A DNA stretch of 64,000 nt from an uncultured virus (IMG/VR IMGVR_UViG_3300050188_000002) (lineage: Duplodnaviria > Heunggongvirae > Uroviricota > Caudoviricetes). Shown in pieces: positions 1-11,238 of this stretch. The position numbers were made by a program, and so were the translations under genes. The stretch's first letter is position 1. The number at the start of each line of letters is the position of its first letter. The stretch lies in IMG/VR virus record IMGVR_UViG_3300050188_000002; one strand, written 5' to 3'. The notes beneath the pieces were generated by a model, which was given only the letters and a program-made list of their open reading frames with translations, ran no database searches and was not told where the DNA came from.

Positions 1-8
1 GACGTAGA

Positions 9-221
9 ATGGTTATTCAAAATCCAGCGAATATAACAGGAAATATAAACTCTGAATCTATATATATTTCATTTGTAGGAACTGCGACTATTGCTGGTGT
101 TGGGTCTTTTGAACTAATGCCAGGAGCAACTTGGGATACTGCCGGTGCTACCCCAATAAGTTCAGCTGTATCTGTTATAGCGTCTACAACTGGGCATATT
201 ATCAACGCTTTCGAACTCTAA
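9..221 (+). CDS. small hypothetical (probably virion-associated) protein
   Basis: 70-aa ORF ending 8 nt before the start of the giant tail protein gene. Confidence 0.55.
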   Translation: MVIQNPANITGNINSESIYISFVGTATIAGVGSFELMPGATWDTAGATPISSAVSVIASTTGHIINAFEL

Positions 222-229
222 TAATAAAA

Positions 230-3200
230 ATGTCAATACGCGGCCAAACATCTGCACAAACAAATAATTTAGCAAGAGTACGTGCCTATAATGACAACTC
301 TATGGGTGGTGTTGTCTCTTATGTCAATCAAAATTTGACTATTTCCGGATCACGTTCATTTTCTGCCCCGCAACATATTATTGTTTCTGCCGCAAAAACT
401 TTGACATTAAGTGGACAATGGACCGGGCGTCTAGTTAAAAATGGGGCAGGGATCATACAGTCTAACGTCGTACAGAATTTGACGCGTTTGGACATCCTGA
501 GCGGTCGATATAACATCGGGTCGGGGGTGAACAACATTGGGCCTACNNNNNNNNNNCTACCCCAGTTGTGAACATCGGCTCCACCGGCATCCTGTACAAC
601 GGCCCGGGCTACAACTCTCAGTCGGTGTTTGCCCTGATGGGAGATAGCGGTGGGATCATCGAAAACCAGTCCGGAAACGGCCCATTCACTGTCACAGTCG
701 CCGACGTGCCGACAACGCCGATCCCGGCGTGGAACGGGACGATCGGCGGCCCCACTGGTCAGAATGTGATTGTTGACCTGGTCGGAACCGGCACCCGTAT
801 GTGGGGTGGGGTCTGGAACGGCACAGGTACCGTTTCCAGGTTCAACACAACGAACGGTCAGACTGTCATCACGTCGGCGACCGGGATGTCGAATGGTGTG
901 GCTTCCCATGCTAACATCGTCACCGCCCCCGGCGTGTTGTCCTTGGACGTCGATGCCAACGTGTGCAACCTTCAAGGTACCGGGACGGTCAATTCCTACA
1001 GCGCGACGCCACACACGTTGACCGTGAACATCGGCGTCACGCATACGTTTGCCGGCGTCCTGGACGGGCCGATCTCGTACAGCACTGGAGCGGTGACGAC
1101 CGAGGTTTGTACGTTCTCAGGTGGGCACACGAATACCGGGGCCTTCATCGCCACGACCGGAAACACCCTCAAGTACGACTACGCGACGAACAACGTCATC
1201 CCAGCCACGGTGTCTTTGACGTTGGCCGGTGGAACCCATCAGTTCCTGAACGTCTCCGGTACGGCGCTGATCGGGGGAGCGACAGCCACCGCCAACGGCA
1301 GCACCTTGAGTTTCAGCAACTGCTCCGGAACGGTGGATCTCAACACGGTCTCCTTGGGGGCATTCACGGCCAATATGTCGGGGGTGTACTCAACGCCCGC
1401 CACATGGAAGGCCACAGGGATGCCTCTGTCGTCCGATATCACGGGTCTGACCAATGGCGGATATCAAGTCTCGACTGATGCCAGCGGCTTCTTGACCGCT
1501 GCTATTCCGTCCTTGTGGAGCCAAGGGGGGACTCTCGTGTCCGCCGGGCCGGCTGTGATCTCCTACCTCGACCCGACCGGGGCTGGTGGGAACCTCGCCA
1601 GCACCCCCGTCACGGTAGGCACGGGCGTCCAGACCATTGGCGGCTTGGTGGCCAACGTCTACGCCCAGAACCCCGGCGGGTATGTCCTGCCACTCTCGAT
1701 CCCGAGCGGCGCCGGCCTCCAGACACCGTCGATCACGAACAACAATCAGGCGCTGTCGATCTCCGGGGTCGGCCTGCTCCAATCGGCAACTGCGGGCGGC
1801 ACGCTCACGATCGACAACAGCCAGACGGTGACGCTCTCGACTACGGTTCAAAACAACACGACGGCATCGTCACTCGCAAAGACCGGAACGGGCACGCTGG
1901 TACTAGCCGCCACTCAGACTTATACCGGTGGGACGACCGTCAGTCAAGGGACGCTCCAGGTAGGGACCGCTTCCCAGTTGTTCAATGCATCGGCTGCTCA
2001 ACCCGTGACCGTGTCCTCGGGCGCCGCGTTCGACCTGAACGGGCACGCAACAACCCTGGGGAATGGCTTGTCCGTGGCGGCCAACAACGGGAGTATCACA
2101 ATCGCGGGCACCGGACCGTCCGGGGCTGGCGCACTTACCAACTCTGTCGCTCAAGCCTATAGCGCAGCCACCGCCAGCCTAGTGTCTCTTGTTCTATCGG
2201 CGGACGCCACGGTCGGCGGTGCCGGAACGACACAACTGCTGTGCAGCGGGTTCATCGCTTCAACGCTGAATACGAACGGTCACACGCTGACCATCAACCA
2301 CTCCGGCACCCCGACCAACGGAGGCACCGGCTTCGGATTACTTCTAACCAACACCGCGATCATAGGTGGCGGTGCGGTGACGATCGCCAAAGGAGAATTG
2401 GCGTGGTACAACCAGAACACCAACGCCGTCTGGCCGGTCGGAACGCCGATCACGGTCGGCGACGGCACGAACACCGCGTCCTTCAAGTTCGTGGGGCAGA
2501 CCCAATTCGGAAACTTCAACGCGCCGATCACGTTGAACAAGGGTGTACTTTGTGACTGGGGTGGCCAGGCTTGGAACCATGTGAACTCGGACATCACGCT
2601 CACTGCGGGCACGACCAACTACCTCACCTCGATCAACACTCCACGGTTTCACTGGGGAAAGATCACGGGCGCCGGCAATCTGTCAACCTCACACGCAACC
2701 TTCCCGCATGCCTATGCACTTGGCTTCTTTAATCAGGTCGCCAACGATTACTCGGGCACCACGGTCCTCGACGGCAGCAACGGCACGATCTGCGCGTGGC
2801 TTGGCGGTGGAATCTCGAACGTCTTGGAGTTTGAATACTTCACGATGCGCCGTGAGGACGTGCGGCAGGTCAACGCTGGCTTCTGCTACAACATGGACCT
2901 GTACACCGGGAGTGGCCGCTTCTTGGCGCACCTTCCGTGGTCCGACGGCATCTGCTATTTCGATGCCAACAACGGTAAAGCAGCCTACAGCCGCGTTCAG
3001 GGCTCGGCGCCAGCCGTTGGCACCGTTTGTCAAACGAACTTCCGCACCTCGACGGTCAATAATTTCCAGTCTATCTGGTACGACGGAACGCAACTGGCGT
3101 CCATCGCCAATGCCATCACGAACCGCCAGATGGGGGCGTACACCCTCGGCACCGGCAACGGCGGGAGCGTCAACGCAACCGAGTGTGAGATCATCGTCCT

Positions 3201-6138
3201 CCGCCAATCGGCGTCTCTCTCGGACCGCCAGTGGGTTGAGGGCTACCTGGCCAACAAGTGGGGGACCACCAGCCGCCTACCGGTCGGCCATCCGTGGAAG
3301 ACTGTAGCACCGACTGGGACGCCCCTCACCCAATTCGGTTCAACCGTCCTGCGTCAGTGGTACGACTTCTCGGACGCCTCGACGGTCTTCACCGACTACG
3401 CCGGAACGATCGCAGCCTCCCCCGGACAGACGGTGGCGTTCATTGCGGACAAGTCCGGGAATGGGAATCACATCCGCCAACTGGACGCGACGAAGCGCCC
3501 GGTCTGGGGCAGCGCGACGATCAACGGGCTGAACACGGTGAAACTCAACAACACCTACGCGTCGTGCCCAAACCCGTTCAACCCGTCGGTCGTCTCGCTG
3601 GCGCCTTCGGGAAACGCGCTCACCCTGGGCGCAGGCAATACGAACCAGCCGACCAACTATTGCCTGATGGACAACCAGTGGGGAGGCGGGACACTGGTCG
3701 GCGGGAACACCGGCAACAACTTCACGCGGTTCGTGGTCAACGGGACGAAGCAGACCTGTCAAGGAATCTCCAGCGGAACGGTCTCGACGCGGGCCGCTCT
3801 GATCTTGGAGAATGCGGACAACATCCCCTGCTCCTTTGATGTGGGGATCATCACGCTGACCGGCAACACAGCATTCGTCCAGAACGGGTACACCCGCGAC
3901 ATGGACAACAGCGCCACGACCTACAAACTTGGCTTTACCTGCAATATGGGTGCGAGCGGCGTTCAGACATTCGCCGGTTCGGTGGTGACCTACACCGGGC
4001 CGACGACCATCAATTCCGGGACGATCGAGGCGTACAACGCCACTGGATGGGCGAGTCCTGTCACGATCAACAACGGTGGAACCTTCAAGGTCTCGAACAC
4101 CGTGCTCCAGACCCAGAATGTGACGATCACCTTGAATGGCGGTGGTACGCTCGTCCACAACGGGCTGACCGCGACCTCCGACTACTGGGTGAACGCCAAC
4201 GCGGCAACCGTGGCCTCTGGCGCCGCAGTCACGATCAACGACACCTCGGTGACCAACGTCACGGGCACCAACAAGGGCACGTTCATGGACGGCGGCCTCA
4301 AGGGCGGTGGGGCTGGGGCCGTGGCAACCATCAGTGTGACCAACGCCGGAAACGGTGTGGTATTCCGCAACAATAACACTACCTTCGCCGGCACGCTGAT
4401 CGTCAACGGCATCGCCAGCGCGACGGTCAATCTCGGAAGCGGCATCGGTGTTGGCGGCTGCACCACTGGCCTCCAGAACGCCGACATCCAGGTGAACGGC
4501 ACGATGGAGATGCTCAACCAGGGTGTCGGTTGGGCGGGCTCCGGGGCGGGGGCGTTCACGATGGGGGCACTCAGCGGGACCGGGGTGGTGATCGGCAACT
4601 TCACTTCGGGGGGTACGACGACCCTGACCGTGGGCAATACGGGCAACGGCGGGACGTTCTCCGGGGTCTTAGCCAATGGCACCGGTAATACGACGGTCCT
4701 CGTGAAAATCGGCGCCGGCACCCAGATCTTGACTGGGGTCAACACATACACCGGCACCACGACTGTCTCCGTCGGCACTCTCCAGATCGGGGATGGTGGA
4801 TCGACGAGCGCAAAACTCGGGACGGGCGCGACGAGCGTCGCATCCGGGGCATCTCTGGTCTTCAACCGCGCTGATTCTCAGACCTATGCCGCAGTCATCA
4901 GTGGTGCCGGCACGGTGACCAAGAACGGGGCAGGCACGCAAACTCTCTCCGCCGCCTGCACATACACCGGCGCGACCTCGGTGCTTGCCGGTATTCTCGA
5001 ACTCGGCGGCGCCGGCACCTTGACGAGCATCACCCCTATCGATATCTCCTCCGGGGCCACCTTCCGCTACGCCAGTTCCGGGACCAGCACGATGTCCGGG
5101 GCGATCACCGGCGCCGGGACGTTCGAGAAGGCTGCAGGCGGCACCCAGTGCATCCTGACCGGCACGAATAGCGGGTTCACCGGCACGTTCTTGTCCACGG
5201 CCGACTACCTCCGGATCGGCGCGAGCGCCGCCGGCAGCGCGAGCGCGGTCTTCAACCTGAATGGCGGCGGCCTGTTGGCGAACACCTCCAGCATCTCGTT
5301 CAACATCGGGGCGCTCACCGGCAGCGGAACGTTCGGGCAGGGCGGGTCCGTGACCAACACCACGGCCACCGTCGGGGCGCTTAACACCAGCACCACGTAC
5401 TCCGGCCAGATCTCGGGCTCGCAGTCGATTGTCAAGGTCGGCACCGGGACGCTCACGCTCTCCGGGACCAACACTCATACCGGATCCACCACGATCAGTG
5501 CTGGGACGCTATCTGTCGCCACCATTGGTAATGGCGGTGTATCTGGAAACCTTGGAGCCGCTGCTACTGCCGCCTCGAACCTAATTATCGGTTCAGCAAC
5601 CCTCGCATACACTGGTGCGACCGCCAGCAGCAACCGCGCCTTCACTCTCGGGGCTGGCTTGAGCAGCAAGATCGACGTGGTGAGCGGAACCACGCTGACC
5701 ATCTCTGGCGGAAACACGGCTACCACCGGGCAGTTGACCAAGAACGGCGCTGGTACTCTTATTCTGACCGGCACCCACCCGGCTACCGGCGGTATCCGCA
5801 GCAACGCAGGTGTACTTCAGTATTCGTCGATGCCGAGTGCCAACACCTTCGTGGTTGGCATGGCGCAGGCCAGCCAGACTACGGCGAACAGTGGCAACTT
5901 CAATTTCAACTTCGCCCCGAACTGGTCAGGCAAGGTAATCAACATCATTATGACCGAGCCGCCTGACGTCAGTACCAATTGGGTTGCTGTCAACTTCAAC
6001 CTCTTGGGTACTGGTACGCCGACCATCCAAGTTAACGGAGTTACTGTAGCCCTCTTCCTCGGACAAGGCGACTCTGGGAACGGTACGCATGTGAACTTCA
6101 GCGGTCTGGGCGGCACTATAACAATAACTCATACATAA
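230..6138 (+). CDS. giant tail fibre/adhesin-like protein with autotransporter passenger-associated beta-strand (PATR-type) repeats and an inserted LamG-like domain (~1960 aa, spans an N gap)
   Basis: ATG at 230 (MSIRGQ). Repeats such as LAKTGTGTLVLAATQTYTGGTTVSQGTLQVG and VKIGAGTQILTGVNTYTGTTTVSVGTLQIG. CTAC flanks both sides of the N gap (543-546, 557-560); collapsing it joins both ORFs in frame. No signal peptide or beta-barrel visible. Confidence 0.75.
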
Positions 6139-6145
6139 TAACCCA

Positions 6146-6658
6146 ATGTTTAAAAGTATAATTCGCACTATTAATTTTTTTGGAAAAGGTATAAAAGATA
6201 TATTTTATAATTTTTCATTTACTAAATCATTTTTACGAGGACCAGATAGATGGGCATCTGGTAAAGGGTTTCCGTGTAAAATGACACAAATAGGACCTAA
6301 TATATTTCGTATACATGCTGGATATGTATGGCCGAATGGGGACGTTTTAAAGAATGATTTTCTGACTGATGGAGGCTCAATACCAATTGGGTTTCAAATG
6401 TTGTACAATATAGATAGGTTCGGTAAATACTGCCCTTGTTTTTTCCGGCACGACTGGACTTTTTGGGGGTTTGATGGGTTTACTTTTGAATCATCTAATG
6501 AAGAACTTAGGAAGAACCTCATAGACTATGGTATGGATAAGGAAGTAGTTGATGTTATTGTTGAGGCTATTTACAAAGAGGGTAAAGAAAGATTTGGTCC
6601 TGAGGCTTACCCAGGTGAATCTAACGATCCAAAAAGTCCTACGTTCAATATGACATAA
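6146..6658 (+). CDS. DUF1353-like phage protein
   Basis: FLTDGGSIP...HDW motif typical of the family, which often lies next to tail genes. Confidence 0.65.
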   Translation: MFKSIIRTINFFGKGIKDIFYNFSFTKSFLRGPDRWASGKGFPCKMTQIGPNIFRIHAGYVWPNGDVLKNDFLTDGGSIPIGFQMLYNIDRFGKYCPCFFRHDWTFWGFDGFTFESSNEELRKNLIDYGMDKEVVDVIVEAIYKEGKERFGPEAYPGESNDPKSPTFNMT

Positions 6659-6666
6659 GTAATGGT

Positions 6667-7368
6667 ATGAATAATTTCCAGATCGTTGAAGAAATTGTAA
6701 ATGATTTCAAACTAAAAAGTGCTAGACAGAAGCAGATGTTTGGTTATATCCCGTTAGATATTAACGGCGTTATACACAAGTTTTCCACGTTATATAGACA
6801 TAAATATAAACCTGATGTTATTGTATTCGAAGGTTATAATCGAGGATTAAATTATCAGATTAAGGTGTTACCTCATGACTTTGAAAAAACCGGGGTATAT
6901 GCTGATTTTAGTAAGACAACCCTTAAAATACCTTTATCTTTGAGTGGTGCTAATGAAGTCAAACAGTTAACTGAGTCGTTGTCATCTTTAAAAATAGGCG
7001 ACTCCAATGTTGTTCTTCTGCCTATTAACGATACTCTTTTAAAGACTTCTTTATTTGGATTTGGAATCAATATGGTTGATATGGTAATAACAGGAAAAGT
7101 TAACATAGAACCCAGCTATATACTTAATAGAGATAAGAAAATTGGAACAGAGTCTGTTATTTCTCTTCCAAGTATTAAGATTTCTGAGTCTCAAACATCT
7201 AGAGTTATAACACCAATTACGATGCCTAATAACAAAATAGTTGGTAAAGATCCTCTTGGCGCATATGTATCTGTATCCATTAATAAGAGTGGGTTGACAA
7301 TAGGTAGAAAGATCAGACCGTATATGGCATTCATTGTGGATAAGATCATTAAAACAATAGATAAATAA
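6667..7368 (+). CDS. hypothetical protein
   Basis: 233-aa ORF tightly packed with its neighbours. Confidence 0.7.
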   Translation: MNNFQIVEEIVNDFKLKSARQKQMFGYIPLDINGVIHKFSTLYRHKYKPDVIVFEGYNRGLNYQIKVLPHDFEKTGVYADFSKTTLKIPLSLSGANEVKQLTESLSSLKIGDSNVVLLPINDTLLKTSLFGFGINMVDMVITGKVNIEPSYILNRDKKIGTESVISLPSIKISESQTSRVITPITMPNNKIVGKDPLGAYVSVSINKSGLTIGRKIRPYMAFIVDKIIKTIDK

Positions 7369-7393
7369 TAGTATACATTTTCTGAGACTCTTA

Positions 7394-7837
7394 ATGATAA
7401 CACTAGCATCATCCGACCCAACTAATAACTTTGAACTAATCGTTTGGATTCTTGCCGGTGTAGGTGCATCTGTTGTAATAGCAAGTGCTGTATTATGGCA
7501 TTTCGTTACTAAGATTTATAAAGCACAAATAAAGCAATTAAAAGATATTATAAATGGTTTAGAAGATAGGATAAAGAAGATTGAAGACAAATACGAAGCA
7601 CAGATTAAAGAAAAGGATGAAGAACTTAGAAGCTTACGTCATGCGAAGTCTGCTCTCGTGGCTGAAAATTCTATCCTAGAAGGTAAACTCAACGCGGTTA
7701 AAGCAGTTGTATCTAAGAGGGATGTAGTGGACTCATTAGTGTTATTGAATATCATTGATACTGATGTAGGTGCAAACGACTCTGTTAGTGGGTTTTTACT
7801 AGCCGCATATGAAAAAAATGCTAAAAAGTATGACTAA
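7394..7837 (+). CDS. single-TM coiled-coil membrane protein
   Basis: Hydrophobic LIVWILAGVGASVVIASAVLW followed by a coiled coil; late-promoter motif at 7360. Confidence 0.65.
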   Translation: MITLASSDPTNNFELIVWILAGVGASVVIASAVLWHFVTKIYKAQIKQLKDIINGLEDRIKKIEDKYEAQIKEKDEELRSLRHAKSALVAENSILEGKLNAVKAVVSKRDVVDSLVLLNIIDTDVGANDSVSGFLLAAYEKNAKKYD

Positions 7838-7846
7838 ATACTATTC

Positions 7847-9220
7847 ATGAATAGTATTGGTTTAGAAGATGTTTTACATGTAATGCTATTGGAATCCTCT
7901 AAGGACGACTATGAGGATGCTTTAGATTTATGGTCGGAACAGGCAGATGAAGAAGTTATAGAAATGGCTTTAGATGCTTTTAAGGCATTCACGTCATCAA
8001 ACCGCATTACAGGTGATAAGTCTAAGATTGAATGGTGGGTAGATAACGAAGTGCCATTTGATGTGTTTGAGTCTTTTCTTAGAGATGCTGCTCCTAAAGA
8101 ATCGTCAATAAAGAAGAAAGTTTTTGATATAGACGTTGCGTATGAGTCTGATAAGGTTGTTGTGTATAGACCAGAGACTAAAGAAGAGGTATTGACTCTT
8201 ATTAATGAAGTATTTAACCTAGATCCCAGTACTATTTCCGACATAACACGTCAAATTAGTTCCACCTATATCGGAAAGTTATACTCGTTTTATATTGTTA
8301 TTGATAAGAAAACCTCTAGCAACTCAACCATTGTAGTAATTCAAAAAACACTACAGCCATATGTTATATCTCAAACCAAGGATAAAAGACAGGAAATTAA
8401 ATCCGGGTCATCTGAGGTTAAAAATGTTGCGTCTGTATATAAGATTCCTCTTGGAATATTCGTAAATGAAGAATTGGATAGGGAAAATCATACGTTCCCT
8501 AAAACAATACATCGCCCCGACGAAAAAGATATAAAGGCGATTAATAAAGATAGTATAACATATAACCTTAAAGCAATTCATACATTCCTTAAATACGTAG
8601 TAGAAGGAACATACGGTATTAGTAAAGATGGTAAAGTTCATGTTAACGGAAGTGTTGATATGTCTCTTATGGGATTGAAGAAAATTCCTGTTAAGTTCGT
8701 CAAGGTAACTGGAGATTTCAATTGTTTTGGTAATGAGTTAGTTTCATTAGAAGGATGTCCTGATTATGTTGGAGGAGAGTTCTTTTGTTCAAGGAACAAA
8801 ATCTCCTCGTTAAAAGGCGGTCCGACTAATAACGTTCAAACTTATATATGTTCGTATAACCCTTATCTAACATCTCTAAGAGGATCTCCTGATAGAATTA
8901 AAGGTTCATTCATATGTTCTCGCACCGCAATTAAAACGTTTGAAGGTGGGCCATCATACGTAGGTAAGACTTTCATGGCATATAAAACCCCTATCGTATC
9001 ATTATCAGCCGCGCCATCCAAAGTTGGTAGAAACTTCTTGATACGTAGTACTACTGGAATCATAAGTAATTTACAATTGGCTAAGTTTAGATTTGAACGT
9101 TATGGGCTATTGGGAATGGATATAAATAAGGATATATCAAAGAGGATTTTAAACTCCAATCACCCATCAGATGAACGCTTTAGAGAAAGATTTCTAAAGC
9201 GTATCAGTAAAAAGATTTGA
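7847..9220 (+). CDS. protein with C-terminal phage leucine-rich-like repeats
   Basis: Repeats of the form NxLxSLxGxPxxVxGxFxCS (LVSLEGCPDYVGGEFFCSRNKISSLKGGP...). N-terminal LLE could be a prohead-protease site (inference). Confidence 0.7.
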   Translation: MNSIGLEDVLHVMLLESSKDDYEDALDLWSEQADEEVIEMALDAFKAFTSSNRITGDKSKIEWWVDNEVPFDVFESFLRDAAPKESSIKKKVFDIDVAYESDKVVVYRPETKEEVLTLINEVFNLDPSTISDITRQISSTYIGKLYSFYIVIDKKTSSNSTIVVIQKTLQPYVISQTKDKRQEIKSGSSEVKNVASVYKIPLGIFVNEELDRENHTFPKTIHRPDEKDIKAINKDSITYNLKAIHTFLKYVVEGTYGISKDGKVHVNGSVDMSLMGLKKIPVKFVKVTGDFNCFGNELVSLEGCPDYVGGEFFCSRNKISSLKGGPTNNVQTYICSYNPYLTSLRGSPDRIKGSFICSRTAIKTFEGGPSYVGKTFMAYKTPIVSLSAAPSKVGRNFLIRSTTGIISNLQLAKFRFERYGLLGMDINKDISKRILNSNHPSDERFRERFLKRISKKI

Positions 9221-9244
9221 CATTTGTTTAGTATCTGGTACAAT
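9217..9244 (+). promoter_or_regulatory. sigma70-type promoter
   Basis: TTGACA-16nt-TACAAT upstream of the AAGGAG RBS of ORF 9275. Confidence 0.7.
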
Positions 9245-9274
9245 AGTTACAACAATACCCTATAAGGAGAAAAT

Positions 9275-9703
9275 ATGTACGTGGTAAAGAACCTAACTTT
9301 AGTAGGAGCAAATAATGCTGCTAATGCAATCTTAACTCGTAATATCGGAAAGACTACGTTTAAGTATCAGTTGTTAACCCTATTAAAGGAACTTGCGCCT
9401 CACATCGAAGTGATTGGTAAGGTGCAGGCTCCTCTTAATCAGAAATATCAAGAGCTAATCAAAGCAACTGCTGAGAAAGATGATTCTGGTAACGTAAAGG
9501 TTAGCGAGAATGGTCAGTTTGTCATTTCAAATGTAGAAGCATTTAATGCCGGCCAGATGGATTTTAAGTCAGAGTCAGACGAATTTAATCGCCTGATGGA
9601 GACTACTGTAGAGTTTTCTTCGCAGATTTCCCTATCTCTCCTTCCTGAAGAAGGTATTTCTGCTCAAGAGTTGGTTGCTCTCCAACCTTTCATTAAGGAG
9701 TAA
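9275..9703 (+). CDS. hypothetical protein
   Basis: 142 aa with strong RBS and promoter. Confidence 0.7.
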   Translation: MYVVKNLTLVGANNAANAILTRNIGKTTFKYQLLTLLKELAPHIEVIGKVQAPLNQKYQELIKATAEKDDSGNVKVSENGQFVISNVEAFNAGQMDFKSESDEFNRLMETTVEFSSQISLSLLPEEGISAQELVALQPFIKE

Positions 9704-9708
9704 GAACT

Positions 9709-10440
9709 ATGGCAATTAAGAAAATACTCATTCCAACAACGCCTATTACGCTACCTATATCAAAGGTAGAGGCTAAGATTCGCCCCTATACTACCGGCGA
9801 ACAGAAGACGCTACTACTAACGTCTAAGGAGAATCAATCAGCGGTTGCAAACTCTGTATTGAATCTCATTCATGTATGTTCAGAAGGCACATTATCTAAA
9901 AAGAAATTATCAGAACTTCCTTTTCAAGATATCTTCTATATCTTTACTCAACTCAATGTTCAATCCACTGGTTCTGAGAAGCGGGTTAAACTACCATGTT
10001 CGAATAAGGACTGTGGTATCGATATCCCAGTAATTATCAATGCAGCCAATGCTCAACTTGATAAGACTGAATATGACACCATGGTCAAGTTCAATGACAC
10101 ATCTGGTGTGAAGATGCGCTTGCCCAACCTAGAAATATCCCTTCGTATGACTTCTATTAAAAATTCAACCGAAGGTCTAGATGAGTTCAATGCAATCGTA
10201 TCTTGTATAGCAGACTGTATCGAAACAATCATTATAGACGATGATATACAGAATGCGTCTGATAATAGTCATAAGGATGTAGTCGAATGGGTAGAATCAT
10301 TGCCTAGTACATACTTTACTAAGCTGGCTGATTGGATTAAAGGAATGCCTACAATCCAAAACGTGGTCAATTATAAGTGTGGTAAGTGCGGAACTGAACA
10401 TCAGACCGTAATCAAGGATCTAGACTCTTTTTTCGAATAA
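9709..10440 (+). CDS. T4 gp26-like baseplate hub subunit / tail assembly chaperone
   Basis: RPYTTGEQKTLL, CSNKDC, GVKMRLP, CIETI, CGKCG and C-terminal LDSFF, typical of the gp26 family. Confidence 0.8.
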   Translation: MAIKKILIPTTPITLPISKVEAKIRPYTTGEQKTLLLTSKENQSAVANSVLNLIHVCSEGTLSKKKLSELPFQDIFYIFTQLNVQSTGSEKRVKLPCSNKDCGIDIPVIINAANAQLDKTEYDTMVKFNDTSGVKMRLPNLEISLRMTSIKNSTEGLDEFNAIVSCIADCIETIIIDDDIQNASDNSHKDVVEWVESLPSTYFTKLADWIKGMPTIQNVVNYKCGKCGTEHQTVIKDLDSFFE

Positions 10441-10628
10441 GCGTTTGTAACGAAAGTCTTCAGAACTATTTCGAAACAAACGCCTATCTGATGTACAAAT
10501 ATGGAATGTCATTAGAAGAACTGGAAACAATGTATCCATTCGAGAGAATTGTATATCTCAAACTTTTTGAGAAGTTCTTAGGAGAAGAAAAAGAAGTTCA
10601 AGAAAAAGCAAACCAGAAGTTCAACTAA
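10428..10628 (+). CDS. T4 gp51-like baseplate hub assembly protein, -1 frame of gp26 (not in the ORF track)
   Basis: Manual translation RISVCNESLQNYFETNAYLMYKYGMSLEELETMYPFERIVYLKLFEKFLGEEKE...; no start codon before the NYFETN block. Confidence 0.7.
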   Translation, partial: FFRISVCNESLQNYFETNAYLMYKYGMSLEELETMYPFERIVYLKLFEKFLGEEKEVQEKANQKFN

Positions 10629-10660
10629 CCACTGTTATAGGTGGTTTTTTGATGGGATAA

Positions 10661-10668
10661 GATAAATA
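10661..10668 (+). promoter_or_regulatory. T4-type late promoter
   Basis: GATAAATA just before ORF 10674; the same motif recurs upstream of other genes; gp55 homologue present. Confidence 0.55.
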
Positions 10669-10673
10669 TTGAT

Positions 10674-10880
10674 ATGTCTAATGCAACCACAGATTATAAT
10701 AGAGACCCGACTACTGGTAGTCTATGTCTAAATAAATCGGATATGGTGCGTATGCGTCTATTGGAAAAGAATCAAAAGCGATCTGCTAGATCATTAGAAG
10801 AGAGAATAACTCTAATAGAAAATTCTCAAGACCTTATTATAAAACTACTTACAAAATTAACTAATGGCAACAACGTATGA
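10674..10880 (+). CDS. hypothetical protein
   Basis: 68-aa ORF in the structural cluster. Confidence 0.6.
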   Translation: MSNATTDYNRDPTTGSLCLNKSDMVRMRLLEKNQKRSARSLEERITLIENSQDLIIKLLTKLTNGNNV

Positions 10881-11238
10881 TTTCAGATTAATTAAAGGTA
10901 CAACCATGCGCTTTGTAGCGCATGTCGTAGACTCGTCTAATAAACCATTAGATTTAACAGACTTCGTTCCGTATGGCGCTATTACTAGATATCTTGAAAC
11001 TGAATATAGAACTCGCAATCTTGACCATGTCGTAATGAATTGTCAAGTTGGTCCAGTTTCAATCAATGGTGATATCTTAGTTGAGATAACTCCTGATATG
11101 ACTAGAACTCTACCTAGAGATATCTACAACTTCACAATAATGATTAAACATAAACAAACACAAGAAGTAATCCCTGTCTTACAGGGTAATATTACACTCA
11201 CTGAAAACTTCGCAAACGGAGCCTCGTATGCCATCTGA
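10864..11238 (+). CDS. putative baseplate/fibre-attachment beta-sandwich protein
   Basis: YDFRLIKGTT...PLDLTDF...G.I...ITP..T..L...Y...VLQGNITL pattern seen in phage virion proteins. Confidence 0.55.
   Translation: MATTYDFRLIKGTTMRFVAHVVDSSNKPLDLTDFVPYGAITRYLETEYRTRNLDHVVMNCQVGPVSINGDILVEITPDMTRTLPRDIYNFTIMIKHKQTQEVIPVLQGNITLTENFANGASYAI

Noticed and set aside
547..556. Apparent split of the giant gene
   Set aside because: Assembly N gap with duplicated CTAC flanks; collapsing it restores one frame.
328..6168. Many long alternative-frame and antisense ORFs over the giant tail gene
   Set aside because: Shadow ORFs expected from GC-rich codon bias; the main frame carries the recognisable repeats.
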